DNA of 64,000 bases from an uncultured Nitrososphaerales archaeon. Its GTDB lineage: Archaea; Thermoproteota; Nitrososphaeria; Nitrososphaerales; Gagatemarchaeaceae. Shown piece after piece: positions 35,695 to 44,676 of the stretch. The stretch covers positions 1,503,438 through 1,567,437 of the forward strand of contig OY970160.1 in assembly GCA_963706445.1 (NCBI GenBank), in the 5' to 3' direction. The position numbers and the translations under genes were made by a program. Below the pieces are notes generated by a model. It was not told the origin of the DNA and did no database searches. It was given only the letters and a program-made list of their open reading frames with translations. The first letter of the stretch is position 1; every line of letters starts with the position of its first letter.

Positions 35695-36401
35695 GCGGAC
35701 AGAGCCTTGTCGCCAGGGAAGCTGAAGTCCTGAAGACGCTGCAGACCATTCGTCAGTCGGGAGAGAAGTTCACCCTGGTGGGCGGCTATGCGGTCAATGC
35801 CTATTCGACCCTTCCGCGGTATTCGGTTGATTGCGACTTGGTTGTCACCCGCTCACAACTCAAGCGACTCTCATCGATTCTCGATGATCAAGGATACACA
35901 AACGAGGGGACGGCCTATCTCAAGGGAATTGAGGGATTAGAGACGCATAGGTTCGTCAAGAAGGTGGGAGGAGAGAAGGTCTACGTGGATATGTTGGTTG
36001 ACGGAGTTAGGTGTCGCCAAACCGAAGCTGTCTGGAAGGAGGAAGAGTATGCTAAGACGTCTCGGGAGCTTCGTGTAACAGGTGTGAACGGGTCGGTTCT
36101 TTCGAACGTCGCCTCGAGGGACCTCCTGATTTCAATGAAACTGCACTCAGGAAGGGACACCGACTTAAGGGACATTGTGATGCTGACGAGAGATGCTGAT
36201 TGGGAGAAAGTCAAGGAGCTGAGCAACAGGGGTGTTCGTGAGAAACTGATTACTCAACTGAAGAAGGAGATCGGAATTCTGGGTGACGGCCAATTTGAAA
36301 GCCAGTTCAAGGCCGCCTTCGCTTCCAAACAAGGCGATGCGGGGCGCATCGCGAAGGCCCTAAGTGAAATCAGGAAACTGTTAAATGAGCTTCCAGGGTA
36401 A
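35691..36401 (+). CDS. Nucleotidyltransferase, AbiEii/DUF1814-like toxin candidate
   Basis: FTLVGGYAVNAYSTLPRYSVDCDLVV fits the GG..A......R.S.D.D NTase motif of AbiEii-type proteins. It is translationally coupled to the upstream wHTH gene. Confidence 0.5.
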   Translation: MSGQSLVAREAEVLKTLQTIRQSGEKFTLVGGYAVNAYSTLPRYSVDCDLVVTRSQLKRLSSILDDQGYTNEGTAYLKGIEGLETHRFVKKVGGEKVYVDMLVDGVRCRQTEAVWKEEEYAKTSRELRVTGVNGSVLSNVASRDLLISMKLHSGRDTDLRDIVMLTRDADWEKVKELSNRGVREKLITQLKKEIGILGDGQFESQFKAAFASKQGDAGRIAKALSEIRKLLNELPG

Positions 36402-36494
36402 TACCGCTTCGGAAGGCTTGGGAAACGCGTAATCGTGCGGAATCTGGTGTTAATTCTTCCCTTCCTGAGCACTGGCATTTAACTCGCGGGTGCT

Positions 36495-36510
36495 AATCCG
36501 ACCCGCGGCA
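36495..36510 (+). repeat. attR core: exact 16-nt copy of the tRNA-Phe 3' end
   Basis: AATCCGACCCGCGGCA is identical to 18985-19000. The preceding bases resemble a degraded T arm. Confidence 0.6.
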
Positions 36511-36588
36511 CACCTCTCTAAGGGTTGATTGCTCCTCAGTCAGGGAATTTCATCCGTGATTAATCTACGGGCGCAAACAAATGAAGCG

Positions 36589-36948
36589 TTACTTGTAATA
36601 TCTGAACTCTAAGATCAAACATTTCTTCAGGCATCGAAATGGTCCGTGCTCTTCGCCTGGCTTGTGGAAGACGTAGGAGCCGCCCTTGATTCTCCTCCTG
36701 GTCTTCGTGTTGAACATCTCCCCTTGAACATAATAGGCCTCTTCGTAGAAGTCGTGGACGACTGCCCGCGGGAACTTCGTCCCTGCCTTCACCTGGATCA
36801 GATGCGTGTAGCTCCCGTCTCTATGCCTTTGCAGTAGAGCTTCCAGGACCCCCTCCGGCTCGTCCTTCGGGTGCTTCCACCTCAAACCGGAAGCAGAGGC
36901 CATGATGTCAATGTAATCACCAGGTTTGACCGACACGAGACCACCCAT
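36589..36948 (-). CDS. Cupin-domain protein
   Basis: 119 aa with beta-rich composition and H..H..E-like residues (YTHLIQVKAGTKFPRAVVHDFYEEAYYVQGE). Confidence 0.45.
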   Translation of the reverse strand: MGGLVSVKPGDYIDIMASASGLRWKHPKDEPEGVLEALLQRHRDGSYTHLIQVKAGTKFPRAVVHDFYEEAYYVQGEMFNTKTRRRIKGGSYVFHKPGEEHGPFRCLKKCLILEFRYYK

Positions 36949-37113
36949 TGCAGGTTGAACTAGATAAGGCGAAAGTGCAAGAAGCCAAAGATATTCGGAC
37001 TGAAATCAAGTGAATACCCACTTTGGAAGGGGACGACAATTCAGAGCGGCCACAGGCACGACTTGGATTGAACTCTATGGTGTTCATCACAACACAGGAG
37101 CTCGGCAGGGGAG

Positions 37114-37860
37114 ATGGTTGCCGAAGGCTGGCTTTATATCGAACGAGGGCTGGTTCGACCTGTGAACAAGGTCGGCGTCCTAGCCGTGGGATTGGCGTTG
37201 GCAGTCCTGCTCGTGACCGCCTCGGCAGAAGCATCTCAGCCGGAGCTGGGATTCGCAACCTACAAGGTGGAAGCTACGCTCCCGACGGGTCAGCATTCCA
37301 TGTTGGTGAACGAGACCGTAGGGCAGTCGGCCAAGCTTGGCTTTTCGGACCTGGTCCTACAGCTGGTCGGGAGCCAGCAGAACCTTACCTATTCCAAGCT
37401 TGTGAACGCGACGACCAATTACTTCCCGTTCCTATCGAGCCTCGCGTCACAGGCGCTTGATTACAGCAACGGCACGACAACCAATGTTAATGTGAACTTC
37501 TCTGCCGCAGGCACAACTCGTGTGACATTCCAAGGCAGCCAGTACACTCTGAATGCCTTCTCCTTCGCCGTTTCGGGGTCGTACAAAGGCATGAATCTTC
37601 GTTTGAACGGGACGCTGGAGACCTTCCCATCGTCTCTCGTCTACTCTGCAGCGGCTGGGAACGGCATGGTCAGCGTACAGGCCGTCCTTGTAGCGACCGA
37701 TCTTCAGCTCAGCCAGTCCTCTACCGCAGTTCCCACGGCGGCCTATGTGGGCGCCGGGGTGGGGGTGGGAGGGGTCGCAATAGCCGCGGCATTCCTGGTG
37801 CGGCGCAGGGACAAGAAGGTCCAGAAACAGGAGCAGAAACCGTCTCACTGGGTCGACTGA
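37114..37860 (+). CDS. Membrane-anchored extracellular protein (N-terminal signal/TM, C-terminal TM plus basic tail)
   Basis: Hydrophobic N-terminus, Ser/Thr/Asn-rich beta-like body, and C-terminal GVGVGGVAIAAAFLVRRRDKK anchor. It sits upstream of ABC-2 transporter genes. Confidence 0.45.
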   Translation: MVAEGWLYIERGLVRPVNKVGVLAVGLALAVLLVTASAEASQPELGFATYKVEATLPTGQHSMLVNETVGQSAKLGFSDLVLQLVGSQQNLTYSKLVNATTNYFPFLSSLASQALDYSNGTTTNVNVNFSAAGTTRVTFQGSQYTLNAFSFAVSGSYKGMNLRLNGTLETFPSSLVYSAAAGNGMVSVQAVLVATDLQLSQSSTAVPTAAYVGAGVGVGGVAIAAAFLVRRRDKKVQKQEQKPSHWVD

Positions 37861-37871
37861 AGTGCGCTGAG

Positions 37872-38813
37872 TTGAGCGCGCCAGTCATAGAGTTCTCCGG
37901 AGCGGTCAAACTCTACGGAGAGAAGAAGATAGGCCCCGTCCAGTTTTCAGTTGGCAAGGGTGAGATATTCGGCTTCCTGGGCCCAAACGGCTCTGGCAAG
38001 ACCACCTGCATCAGGATGCTCCTGGGGCTGGCTAAGCCGTCGGCCGGGAATGTCAGGCTAAGGGGCATGGACCCCATCCGCAAACATGTCGAGGCGCTGA
38101 CGAGAGTAGGATACTCCCCTGAGCTCCCGAACATCCAGGCGTTCCTTACCCCGAGGGAGGTCCTGTCGCTGACAGCTGCGGAGCTGGGGCTGAGGGCCGG
38201 GGCAAAGGAGGAGGCGGACCGGGTGCTCGAGGAAGTGGGGATCATCGAGTACGGGGACACGAAAGTGGGGAAGCTGAGCAAGGGCATGGTCCAGAGGCTG
38301 GGCGTGGCACAGGCGATGCTCGGCACGCCCGAAGTGATGGTGATGGACGAACCGACGATCGGTTTGGACCCGGCCGGGACGGCGCACCTGCGCGAGGTGT
38401 TTAGGAAGTACGCCCGGGATGGAGGGACGATACTGATGTCTTCCCACATGATGTCCGAGGTCGAGGACCTCTGCTCCTCTGTTGGGCTCATCCACAGCGG
38501 GAAAGTCCTCTTCAGCGGGACGGTAAGAGAAATGGTGGAACAGGTGCTGGGTGCGGACGAAGTCATCGTGGAGGCGAGGGGCCTGCAGGCGGGGGTAATC
38601 GAGTCGGTGAGGAAGGTCGAAGGCGTGATGGGGCTCAAGGAGGTCCCGGGGGGGCTGGAGGTGAGGGTCAGATCCGGGGCCGAGGTAAGGCCTGAAATCG
38701 CCAGGACGATCGTGGATTCGGGGGCGGAGCTGCTCGCCATGCGCACTGGCGACAGGATGCTCGAGAAGGCGTACATCGAGGCGGTGAAGAGCAGTGGGAA
38801 TAAGGCCGAGTAG
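37872..38813 (+). CDS. ABC transporter ATP-binding protein (ABC-2/drug-export type)
   Basis: Walker A GPNGSGKTT, signature LSKGMVQRL, Walker B VMVMDEPTIGLD. Confidence 0.9.
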   Translation: MSAPVIEFSGAVKLYGEKKIGPVQFSVGKGEIFGFLGPNGSGKTTCIRMLLGLAKPSAGNVRLRGMDPIRKHVEALTRVGYSPELPNIQAFLTPREVLSLTAAELGLRAGAKEEADRVLEEVGIIEYGDTKVGKLSKGMVQRLGVAQAMLGTPEVMVMDEPTIGLDPAGTAHLREVFRKYARDGGTILMSSHMMSEVEDLCSSVGLIHSGKVLFSGTVREMVEQVLGADEVIVEARGLQAGVIESVRKVEGVMGLKEVPGGLEVRVRSGAEVRPEIARTIVDSGAELLAMRTGDRMLEKAYIEAVKSSGNKAE

Positions 38814-39648
38814 GGTCTACGCCTTCGGGGCCTACGAGGTCAGGAGGGCCCTCGCCAGGAAGAAGGTCATCGCCATGGTGGCGTTCATCGTCCTGCTGGA
38901 CACCGTCCCCTACTACATACTGTCGACCACCGGGACATCGTTGATACCTTCGGACCTCTTCCCCTACCTCTGGGTCGCGGGGGTGATCGCGCCCTTCGCC
39001 CTGTTCATCCAGTTCGTCGCCATACTGATCGCCGCAGGGGCCATGTCAGAGGAGTACGAAGCTGGCACGGCGGAGCTCCTCCTGGCGAAGCCCGTCAGTA
39101 GGACGGAGTTCTTCGTGGGCAAGTTCCTCGGCGGGTACTTCCTCCTCGCCTCATTGATCGTCCTGAACGCGGGGCTGAGCGTCCTCGCCGCGAGCCTGAC
39201 CTATGGGGCCCAGGCGGGGCTCGAAATTGTGCCCGGGATCGTGCTGGCGGAGATATACGCGTCGACGCTGTTCTTCACGGTCGCGTTCATGGTCGGCGAG
39301 CTGGTCAGGCGCTCCTCTCTCGCCTACATTCTGTCGTCGGCCCTCATCGTTTCGAGCCAGATAGTTGGGACGTACCTTTCGATAGCCTACGGGCTGACAG
39401 GGAAGGCCCTCTACCTGAATATCCATATGTACCTGCCCACAACGATATCGGGGTCCATCCCGCCCCAGTACGCTCAGCCCCTCCTCCCCGGTTCCACGGC
39501 GAAGCTCTTCCAGCTGATTCTCGGTCCCGCCGGGGGGACCCTTCCGGAGGCCTCCGGGGCGCTGCTGGTGGCGATTTATTTCGTAGTGGCTGCATCAGTC
39601 GCGCTCGCCTACTTCAGGTGGGCAGACGTGTCGAGAAGGGTCAGCTAG
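38794..39648 (+). CDS. ABC-2 type transporter permease
   Basis: 284 aa with six hydrophobic segments. It overlaps the end of the ATPase gene. Confidence 0.6.
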   Translation: MGIRPSRVYAFGAYEVRRALARKKVIAMVAFIVLLDTVPYYILSTTGTSLIPSDLFPYLWVAGVIAPFALFIQFVAILIAAGAMSEEYEAGTAELLLAKPVSRTEFFVGKFLGGYFLLASLIVLNAGLSVLAASLTYGAQAGLEIVPGIVLAEIYASTLFFTVAFMVGELVRRSSLAYILSSALIVSSQIVGTYLSIAYGLTGKALYLNIHMYLPTTISGSIPPQYAQPLLPGSTAKLFQLILGPAGGTLPEASGALLVAIYFVVAASVALAYFRWADVSRRVS

Positions 39649-39821
39649 AGTTAGCGGACCTGCTTCCGACGTCCATCTGAATGCGTGGTCTTCTTGCATT
39701 CGAGGAAGAGGACAACCACGGACATGGTCCTGTTCCCTGAATATGGGGGAGTCCAAATCAGCGCGGACATCATGGTTGGCCGTAGCCGTTATGGTATATT
39801 TCGCCAGTCGGTCTCGGACAC

Positions 39822-40091
39822 TCAGCGCTTTTGCCAGTGGCCGAAGTGTCCTCCCGCGAACATCGGCCGAGGACCCGGCTGCTCGGCCACTTTGAGGACG
39901 ATTTGCATGGCTTCGGCCTTTTCGAACCCTGACTTCTCAAGGGCGGCCCTAAACTCCCCGAGTACTTCGGCGTACCTGGCGGCGTTAACTGCGAACATCT
40001 CCAGGCGGGCCTTGACCATATCGTTCATGGCCTTCCTGAACTGGGCGCGTTCTTCTTCGGTAACCGTTTTTCTTGGCATTACACGATTCAC
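39822..40091 (-). CDS. Hypothetical small helical protein
   Basis: 89 aa with natural-looking helical composition. Preferred over the overlapping + strand ORF 39685..40095, which is Ser/Arg-rich. Confidence 0.4.
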   Translation of the reverse strand: MNRVMPRKTVTEEERAQFRKAMNDMVKARLEMFAVNAARYAEVLGEFRAALEKSGFEKAEAMQIVLKVAEQPGPRPMFAGGHFGHWQKR

Positions 40092-40242
40092 CTGAACGAA
40101 AGTATCGCTGGTGATACATAAGGCATTCGCGCCCTCAGAATACGGTTGAGACTTCCGTCTAATTCCTCATTCTCTCTCCGGCGAGTCCTTCCTGGTTCCT
40201 GGCAGCACCGTGGTCCTTTTATGAGCCCCCGAAGACTCGGGG

Positions 40243-40638
40243 TTGGGAAAATTGGTTTCCGAAAAGATACTTCGCTTCCAGAACAAAGGGAAGGACCCGG
40301 CCCAAGTGGCCCAACTTATCGAGCAGCAACTCAAAGCAGAGGGCTACAAGACCCAGTCCAAGGTCGCGCCAATCGGGAACATCATTCAGGCGCAGAAGGC
40401 AGGCATATTGCGCGACATAGTCGCCGCTGACAGGTGCTTCACCTTGGTGGTGAGCGGGCAGCCGAACGACTTCACAGTCCACATCGGCATCGGGAAGTGG
40501 ATCCAGAACATCGGCGTCGCAGCGGTAGAGGCGCTCCTCCTGTCACTCCTCTTCATTGCGGTGGACGTCCCGGAGATGCTCTGGACTACGCATGTGGAAG
40601 GAACGATTGCCAAAGAAATCCAATCCATAGTGGGCTGA
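40243..40638 (+). CDS. Hypothetical protein with C-terminal TM segment
   Basis: 131 aa ORF. No motif recognised. Confidence 0.4.
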   Translation: MGKLVSEKILRFQNKGKDPAQVAQLIEQQLKAEGYKTQSKVAPIGNIIQAQKAGILRDIVAADRCFTLVVSGQPNDFTVHIGIGKWIQNIGVAAVEALLLSLLFIAVDVPEMLWTTHVEGTIAKEIQSIVG

Positions 40639-40648
40639 ACTCGGCCCA

Positions 40649-40733
40649 CCCCCTCCTTAAGTCCTGCCCAAGCAAGGAAAGCTAGTGGCTCTTTTTCTGC
40701 TTGATGAGTTTTAGTCAGGTCTCAATTCGTGTC
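40649..40733 (+). repeat. ~85-nt intergenic repeat, copy A (partner at 53727-53810)
   Basis: CCCCTCCTTAAGTCCTGCCCAAGCAAGGAAAGCTAGTGGCTCTTTTTCTGCTTGATGAGTTTTAGTCAGGTCTCAATTCGTGTC aligns with copy B with few substitutions and one small indel. Confidence 0.7.
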
Positions 40734-40770
40734 TTGACCAGATCTCTTAGGGTCGGCCTGAGTTCATTGG

Positions 40771-41163
40771 CTACTTCCTAGCATAGTATACTACCGGGCC
40801 GCCCAGGACCTTGTGACCTTCGATGTTGACTTCCTCTTCTTCCTCCCCCTTTCTCCTTCCCGTCTTGAGCCTGCCCAGGATCACTAGGACTTCAAGGTAG
40901 GTCTGCAGGTTCAGGACTTTCGCCACGAAGAGCCACAGGGTCTTGTTTTCATCGTTTCGCTGGAAGTCCAGGAAGAACTCCTTGCCGTAGGTCATCTCAT
41001 ACAGCTCGGTGAGCCTGTAGAACTTATCGTGCTCCATCTTCTGAAGAATGGGGTGTATATCTTGGGTCGGTTCGACCTCGCTTTCTTCTAGGGGCATGCC
41101 TTCGCTTGCGGAGCGTGACGATAAAAGTCGTTCCGAAAGTCTTGTCGCCGTGCGCAGGTTCAC
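40771..41163 (-). CDS. Hypothetical protein
   Basis: 130 aa ORF. No motif recognised. Confidence 0.4.
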   Translation of the reverse strand: MNLRTATRLSERLLSSRSASEGMPLEESEVEPTQDIHPILQKMEHDKFYRLTELYEMTYGKEFFLDFQRNDENKTLWLFVAKVLNLQTYLEVLVILGRLKTGRRKGEEEEEVNIEGHKVLGGPVVYYARK

Positions 41164-41188
41164 TGCGCCTCCTCAGGGAACCAGACGA

Positions 41189-41485
41189 CTACTCTACTAC
41201 CCTGTTGAGGTCAGCGATAAGTAGCACGGTGGCTTGGGAAGTCCCACCCTCATTGGAGCTCCGCATCAGGCTCAGTCCTCGGTCCAGGCACCAGGGATGC
41301 GCTTCACGAATGACCCTGTCGATCATGCTACTCTGAACGTTCGGGAAAGCGAGCCAGATTTCGTTTTCTTTCGCCTCTGGCTGGACCTTGGTTGTCGTTA
41401 TCTTTCTGCCGATAAGATGGTGTTGAAACTCCTCTGCTCGGATTTCGGGGTTTCCGCAGGCGAATTCGATCATTAGGTCGGTCAT
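41189..41485 (-). CDS. Hypothetical protein
   Basis: 98 aa ORF, co-directional with and upstream of 40771..41163. Confidence 0.4.
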   Translation of the reverse strand: MTDLMIEFACGNPEIRAEEFQHHLIGRKITTTKVQPEAKENEIWLAFPNVQSSMIDRVIREAHPWCLDRGLSLMRSSNEGGTSQATVLLIADLNRVVE

Positions 41486-41675
41486 CGGAGTTAAATTTGC
41501 CGAGTCGCGTTAGTTAAGGATTGGCGAGTTTCTGGTGGCGATCCATTTTGTCGTGGCTGCCTCGCGGCTGCCCATCCCGACTTGCTCAGCTCATTCACCT
41601 CTTCGGAAGGGATTCAATCAACAATTGATGGACGCCCTCGAGTTCGGCGTAAAAGGTTGAACCAGTCATGCCTGG

Positions 41676-43310
41676 CTAGTTTGTGACTTCCAGCAGGGCG
41701 GTGACGTATCCCGTCGCCCCGTTGGGGAACGTGTCCGCGGCCACCGACGTCTGTACCAGGCCGTTGCCGTCTGTCGCCCTGGCCACGATCTGGTACTCCC
41801 CTGCGGCAGGGGGCTGCCACTCGTAGGCCCAGAGCGCCCATGTCAGGTTGGATAACGGCTTCTTGAGCTCGGCCACCTGCCAAGTCTTGCCGTTGTCAAA
41901 GCTCACTTCGACCTTTGATATCCCCCTGTCCCCCGCGAAGGCGTAGCCAGCTACTACGATCGAGCCGCCGTTCTGGGACAGACTGAGGGTGGACGCCGAC
42001 GGGACGACTATGAAGGTCTCCGTGTAGACCGTCGCGTTGTTGGTCCATCCCCTCGTTTGCCAATAGCCGTCATAGACCGAAGGGACGACCGATATCCTGT
42101 TGATCCACTTCGGGCTCATCATCCCATAGTACCCGGGGATGACGGCACGCAGCGGGTAGCCGTGCTTCACCGGAAGCGGCTGGTCGTTCATAGTGTAGGC
42201 CAGAAAGCTGTCGTCCATCATCGCCTTGGCCAGGGGAATCCCCACGCTGTAGCCGTCCACGGAATAGAAGACGAGGTAGGTGGAGCCACCTTGGACCCCT
42301 CCTGCGTCCGCGAGTAGGTCGGAGATCTTCACCCCCGTCCATTTCGCGTTGCTAATCAGGTTCCCATTGACCATGTTGCTCACGCACTCGAAGGTGGAGT
42401 ACTCGCTGACCTGGGGAAGGGCCTGGACGTCCTGAAGCGAGTAGCTCTTGGGTGTGTTGACCATGCCGTCCACCATCAGGGACCAGCCGGAGGCGCCCAC
42501 CGTGGGGTCTATGACGTCTATGGCGACGCGATAGAAGTTGTCGGCCGGGGTCAACTCGGACCCCACCAAGGTCGCCAGCCTCGGGTCGCTGAATATGGCC
42601 GGGGCATCCTGCAAGTCGATGGGCTGGCTCCCGCCCGTGGCCTGGACCGGGGTCGAGAAGAGAGAGCCAAGGCTGGTCAGCCCCACCACGGCCCCGACGG
42701 CAGCGAAGAATCCGATAACCCCCATCTCGACGAACTCCCTCCTGCTGACGTCTCTCCCCCTGACGCCCTGGCCGATGACGAACTTCCTTCTGGGGGCCGA
42801 ACCAGGTATAGAAGGCCGGTACTTGAGCGACAGGACCCAGGCGAATATGCCTTGGGTGAGCAGGAGCGTGAGGGGGAACGCCCAGACCTGGGAAGACGAG
42901 GCGAACGGGGATGCTGTGCCGAAGACTGCGTCCCCTCCTAGGGGAAAGAGGACCAGGCCGAAGAGCAGCCACGGGACGAGCCCCAGCGCAAGCAGGCCTT
43001 CGAACCTGCCAAGACCAAGGGACGCTGCTCTCTTCGCCCCGAACCTGTCGTAGACGAGGAGGATGATCCCATACGCCGCCGCCGCGATCAGGGTTGCAAT
43101 GAAAAGCCCCAGCTGCCCTGCAAAGTCCCCGAACTGCTGGACCATCGGCTCCTCAATGGAAGCGGGTATCACCCCCAGGAAGGCGGTGAGCGCCGACTCT
43201 GGAGGGAAGGCTGCAATCCCGCCCAGGCGGAAGAGGAAGTTGAAGGCAAGCGCCACCAGACCTGCCAGCGAACCCAGCAGGAACAGGGTCAGAGCCCGTC
43301 TTAGTTTCAA
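41676..43310 (-). CDS. Molybdopterin-dependent oxidoreductase (sulfite-oxidase family) fused to an N-terminal polytopic membrane domain
   Basis: About 190 aa of TM helices, then ..FECVSN.. (Mo-ligand Cys context), ..DQPLPVKHGYPLRAVIPGYYG.., and a C-terminal Ig-like dimerisation-type domain. Confidence 0.75.
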   Translation of the reverse strand: MKLRRALTLFLLGSLAGLVALAFNFLFRLGGIAAFPPESALTAFLGVIPASIEEPMVQQFGDFAGQLGLFIATLIAAAAYGIILLVYDRFGAKRAASLGLGRFEGLLALGLVPWLLFGLVLFPLGGDAVFGTASPFASSSQVWAFPLTLLLTQGIFAWVLSLKYRPSIPGSAPRRKFVIGQGVRGRDVSRREFVEMGVIGFFAAVGAVVGLTSLGSLFSTPVQATGGSQPIDLQDAPAIFSDPRLATLVGSELTPADNFYRVAIDVIDPTVGASGWSLMVDGMVNTPKSYSLQDVQALPQVSEYSTFECVSNMVNGNLISNAKWTGVKISDLLADAGGVQGGSTYLVFYSVDGYSVGIPLAKAMMDDSFLAYTMNDQPLPVKHGYPLRAVIPGYYGMMSPKWINRISVVPSVYDGYWQTRGWTNNATVYTETFIVVPSASTLSLSQNGGSIVVAGYAFAGDRGISKVEVSFDNGKTWQVAELKKPLSNLTWALWAYEWQPPAAGEYQIVARATDGNGLVQTSVAADTFPNGATGYVTALLEVTN

Positions 43311-43371
43311 CTCGATTCCCTCATCTGTTCACTGACTGATAACCAGGCCTCGAGGGCTCCGCCACCCCATT

Positions 43372-43920
43372 TCAGCCCGACGTCATTGAAAGGGAAGCGG
43401 TCGCTACGACCGTGGCGTTGGTCATCTGCATGCCAGGGAGGTACACTATCTGGACGTTCTCGAAGGACGAGAAGGGGTTCTGGCCAAGAAGGACGAAGAA
43501 GTTCCCCACGCCGGTGCTGCTTGTCTCAAACTCGGAAGCTGTCGCGTTTGGCCCTATGGGGACGACCGCCATGGAGCCAGAGGATTGGGCACCCTCTATG
43601 ATGTAGTCGCTCCCTGCGCTCTGGGTGCTCTCCAGCCCCTCGGCGTGAACAGATACGGCGTATTCGTCCATCCCTGCGGGCTCGATCAGAAGCCAAGCGC
43701 TGTGTATCATCGCGCCGGTCGCGGGCGTGAACTGTATCGCGTCGGTGCCGTTCGTCGTCTCAGTCATTGTGCTCGTCGACGTCTCGGTCATGTTGTCCGT
43801 CGTGGTGTGGGTCGACGATGAATTTGCGAGGTAAAGGCCGAAACCGATCCCCGCAATGATCAGAAGGACCACAGACGTTCCAGCGAAGACGGTGGTGGAT
43901 ACACCAGTACGGACTTTCAT
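43372..43920 (-). CDS. Secreted/membrane-anchored hypothetical protein
   Basis: N-terminal TM segment followed by a Thr/Ser-rich linker. It lies just upstream of the Mo-oxidoreductase gene. Confidence 0.45.
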   Translation of the reverse strand: MKVRTGVSTTVFAGTSVVLLIIAGIGFGLYLANSSSTHTTTDNMTETSTSTMTETTNGTDAIQFTPATGAMIHSAWLLIEPAGMDEYAVSVHAEGLESTQSAGSDYIIEGAQSSGSMAVVPIGPNATASEFETSSTGVGNFFVLLGQNPFSSFENVQIVYLPGMQMTNATVVATASLSMTSG

Positions 43921-44002
43921 TGAGGCAAACCGTCCTGATTGGGTATTTAGCGGTAATTCGAGATTGGCTCTGAATGTGTTGTGATTCTCTTGGTAATCAA
44001 GC

Positions 44003-44299
44003 CTAGAGCTTCAATTCCCGGGCCACTGCTTCGAACACTTCGAAATGGGCGTCCAGCCACGGGGTGAGGAAGTATGTCATCCCGTAGTGTTCCCCCACAG
44101 CGGAGACGAGGGAGTTGCGCTTCAGCACCCCCACATGGTGCTGGATCAGAGTGTACTGGAAGCCTAGGTCCGTGGCGAGCTGGTTCAGGTTCCTGGGGCG
44201 CTCTCTTATTGCTCGAATTATCTTGACCCTGTTCTCCGCGCCACGCGTCGCCCCCAGAAGATACCATAGCAGTCGGCGCAGGTCGGGGTCGTCGGTCAT
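44003..44299 (-). CDS. ArsR-type winged-helix transcriptional regulator
   Basis: ..RVKIIRAIRERPRNLNQLATDLGFQYTLIQHHVGVLKRNSLVS.. fits the HTH plus wing layout. Confidence 0.6.
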   Translation of the reverse strand: MTDDPDLRRLLWYLLGATRGAENRVKIIRAIRERPRNLNQLATDLGFQYTLIQHHVGVLKRNSLVSAVGEHYGMTYFLTPWLDAHFEVFEAVARELKL

Positions 44300-44382
44300 T
44301 TGGATGAGACCCGACCAGACTGCTCAGTTAAGAGATTTCGAAGAAGGGTTATACGCGCCAGGCGGTTCGAGCCCTTGTAGAA

Positions 44383-44664
44383 ATGGAGACCCTGATGTAC
44401 ACCGCCATCGGCATCGCCAGCGTCAACTCGGTGATACTTCTTGGGCTGGTCTACCTCTACGCGAGGATATTCCTCAGGTCCCGCGCTTCCTATTCCCTGG
44501 GGCTGATCTTCTTCGCCGTGATGCTCCTGCTGCAGAATCTCCTTACTGCCTTCGCCTACGGGACCATGTCTCCGCTATTCGGCTTGGACGCACTGCCGTA
44601 TCTGTCTGTCATAGGCGCTACCGAGCTCGCCGGGCTCGTGATGCTGCTCAGGATGACCTTCTGA
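44383..44664 (+). CDS. Small integral membrane protein
   Basis: 93 aa with three hydrophobic helices, divergent from the ArsR-type regulator. Confidence 0.45.
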   Translation: METLMYTAIGIASVNSVILLGLVYLYARIFLRSRASYSLGLIFFAVMLLLQNLLTAFAYGTMSPLFGLDALPYLSVIGATELAGLVMLLRMTF

Positions 44665-44676
44665 CGGGAGGGGGAT

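Larger units (their letters stand above)
18985..36510 (+). mobile_element. Integrated element at tRNA-Phe (~17.5 kb) carrying integrase and defence genes; possibly two fused elements split at ~31663
   Basis: Bounded by exact 16-nt direct repeats of the tRNA 3' end. An integrase lies 56 nt after the tRNA. Cargo is defence-type genes. Sequence looks more AT-rich by eye than the flanks. A degenerate internal att-like copy lies at 31646-31663. Confidence 0.6.

Noticed and set aside
37913-38776. 287-aa ORF on the minus strand
   Set aside because: It is antisense to the ABC ATPase gene (GPNGSGKTT, LSKGMVQRL). It is a Ser/Pro/Thr-rich shadow ORF.
40649-40733. C/D-box sRNA interpretation of the 85-nt repeat, because of the TGATGA sequence
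   Set aside because: Only one TGATGA box is present, and there is no CTGA D box or D'/C' pair at the spacing expected for archaeal C/D sRNAs on either strand. It is kept only as a generic repeat or possible structured RNA.
42352-42972. 206-aa minus-strand ORF, plus other alternative-frame ORFs inside the Mo-oxidoreductase, PiT, HflX and SBP genes (for example 17066..17695, 15879..16433, 18170..18751, 60711..61214)
   Set aside because: They overlap longer ORFs that carry family motifs. Their own sequences are Arg/Gly/Pro/His-rich with no motifs. They are GC-driven open frames.
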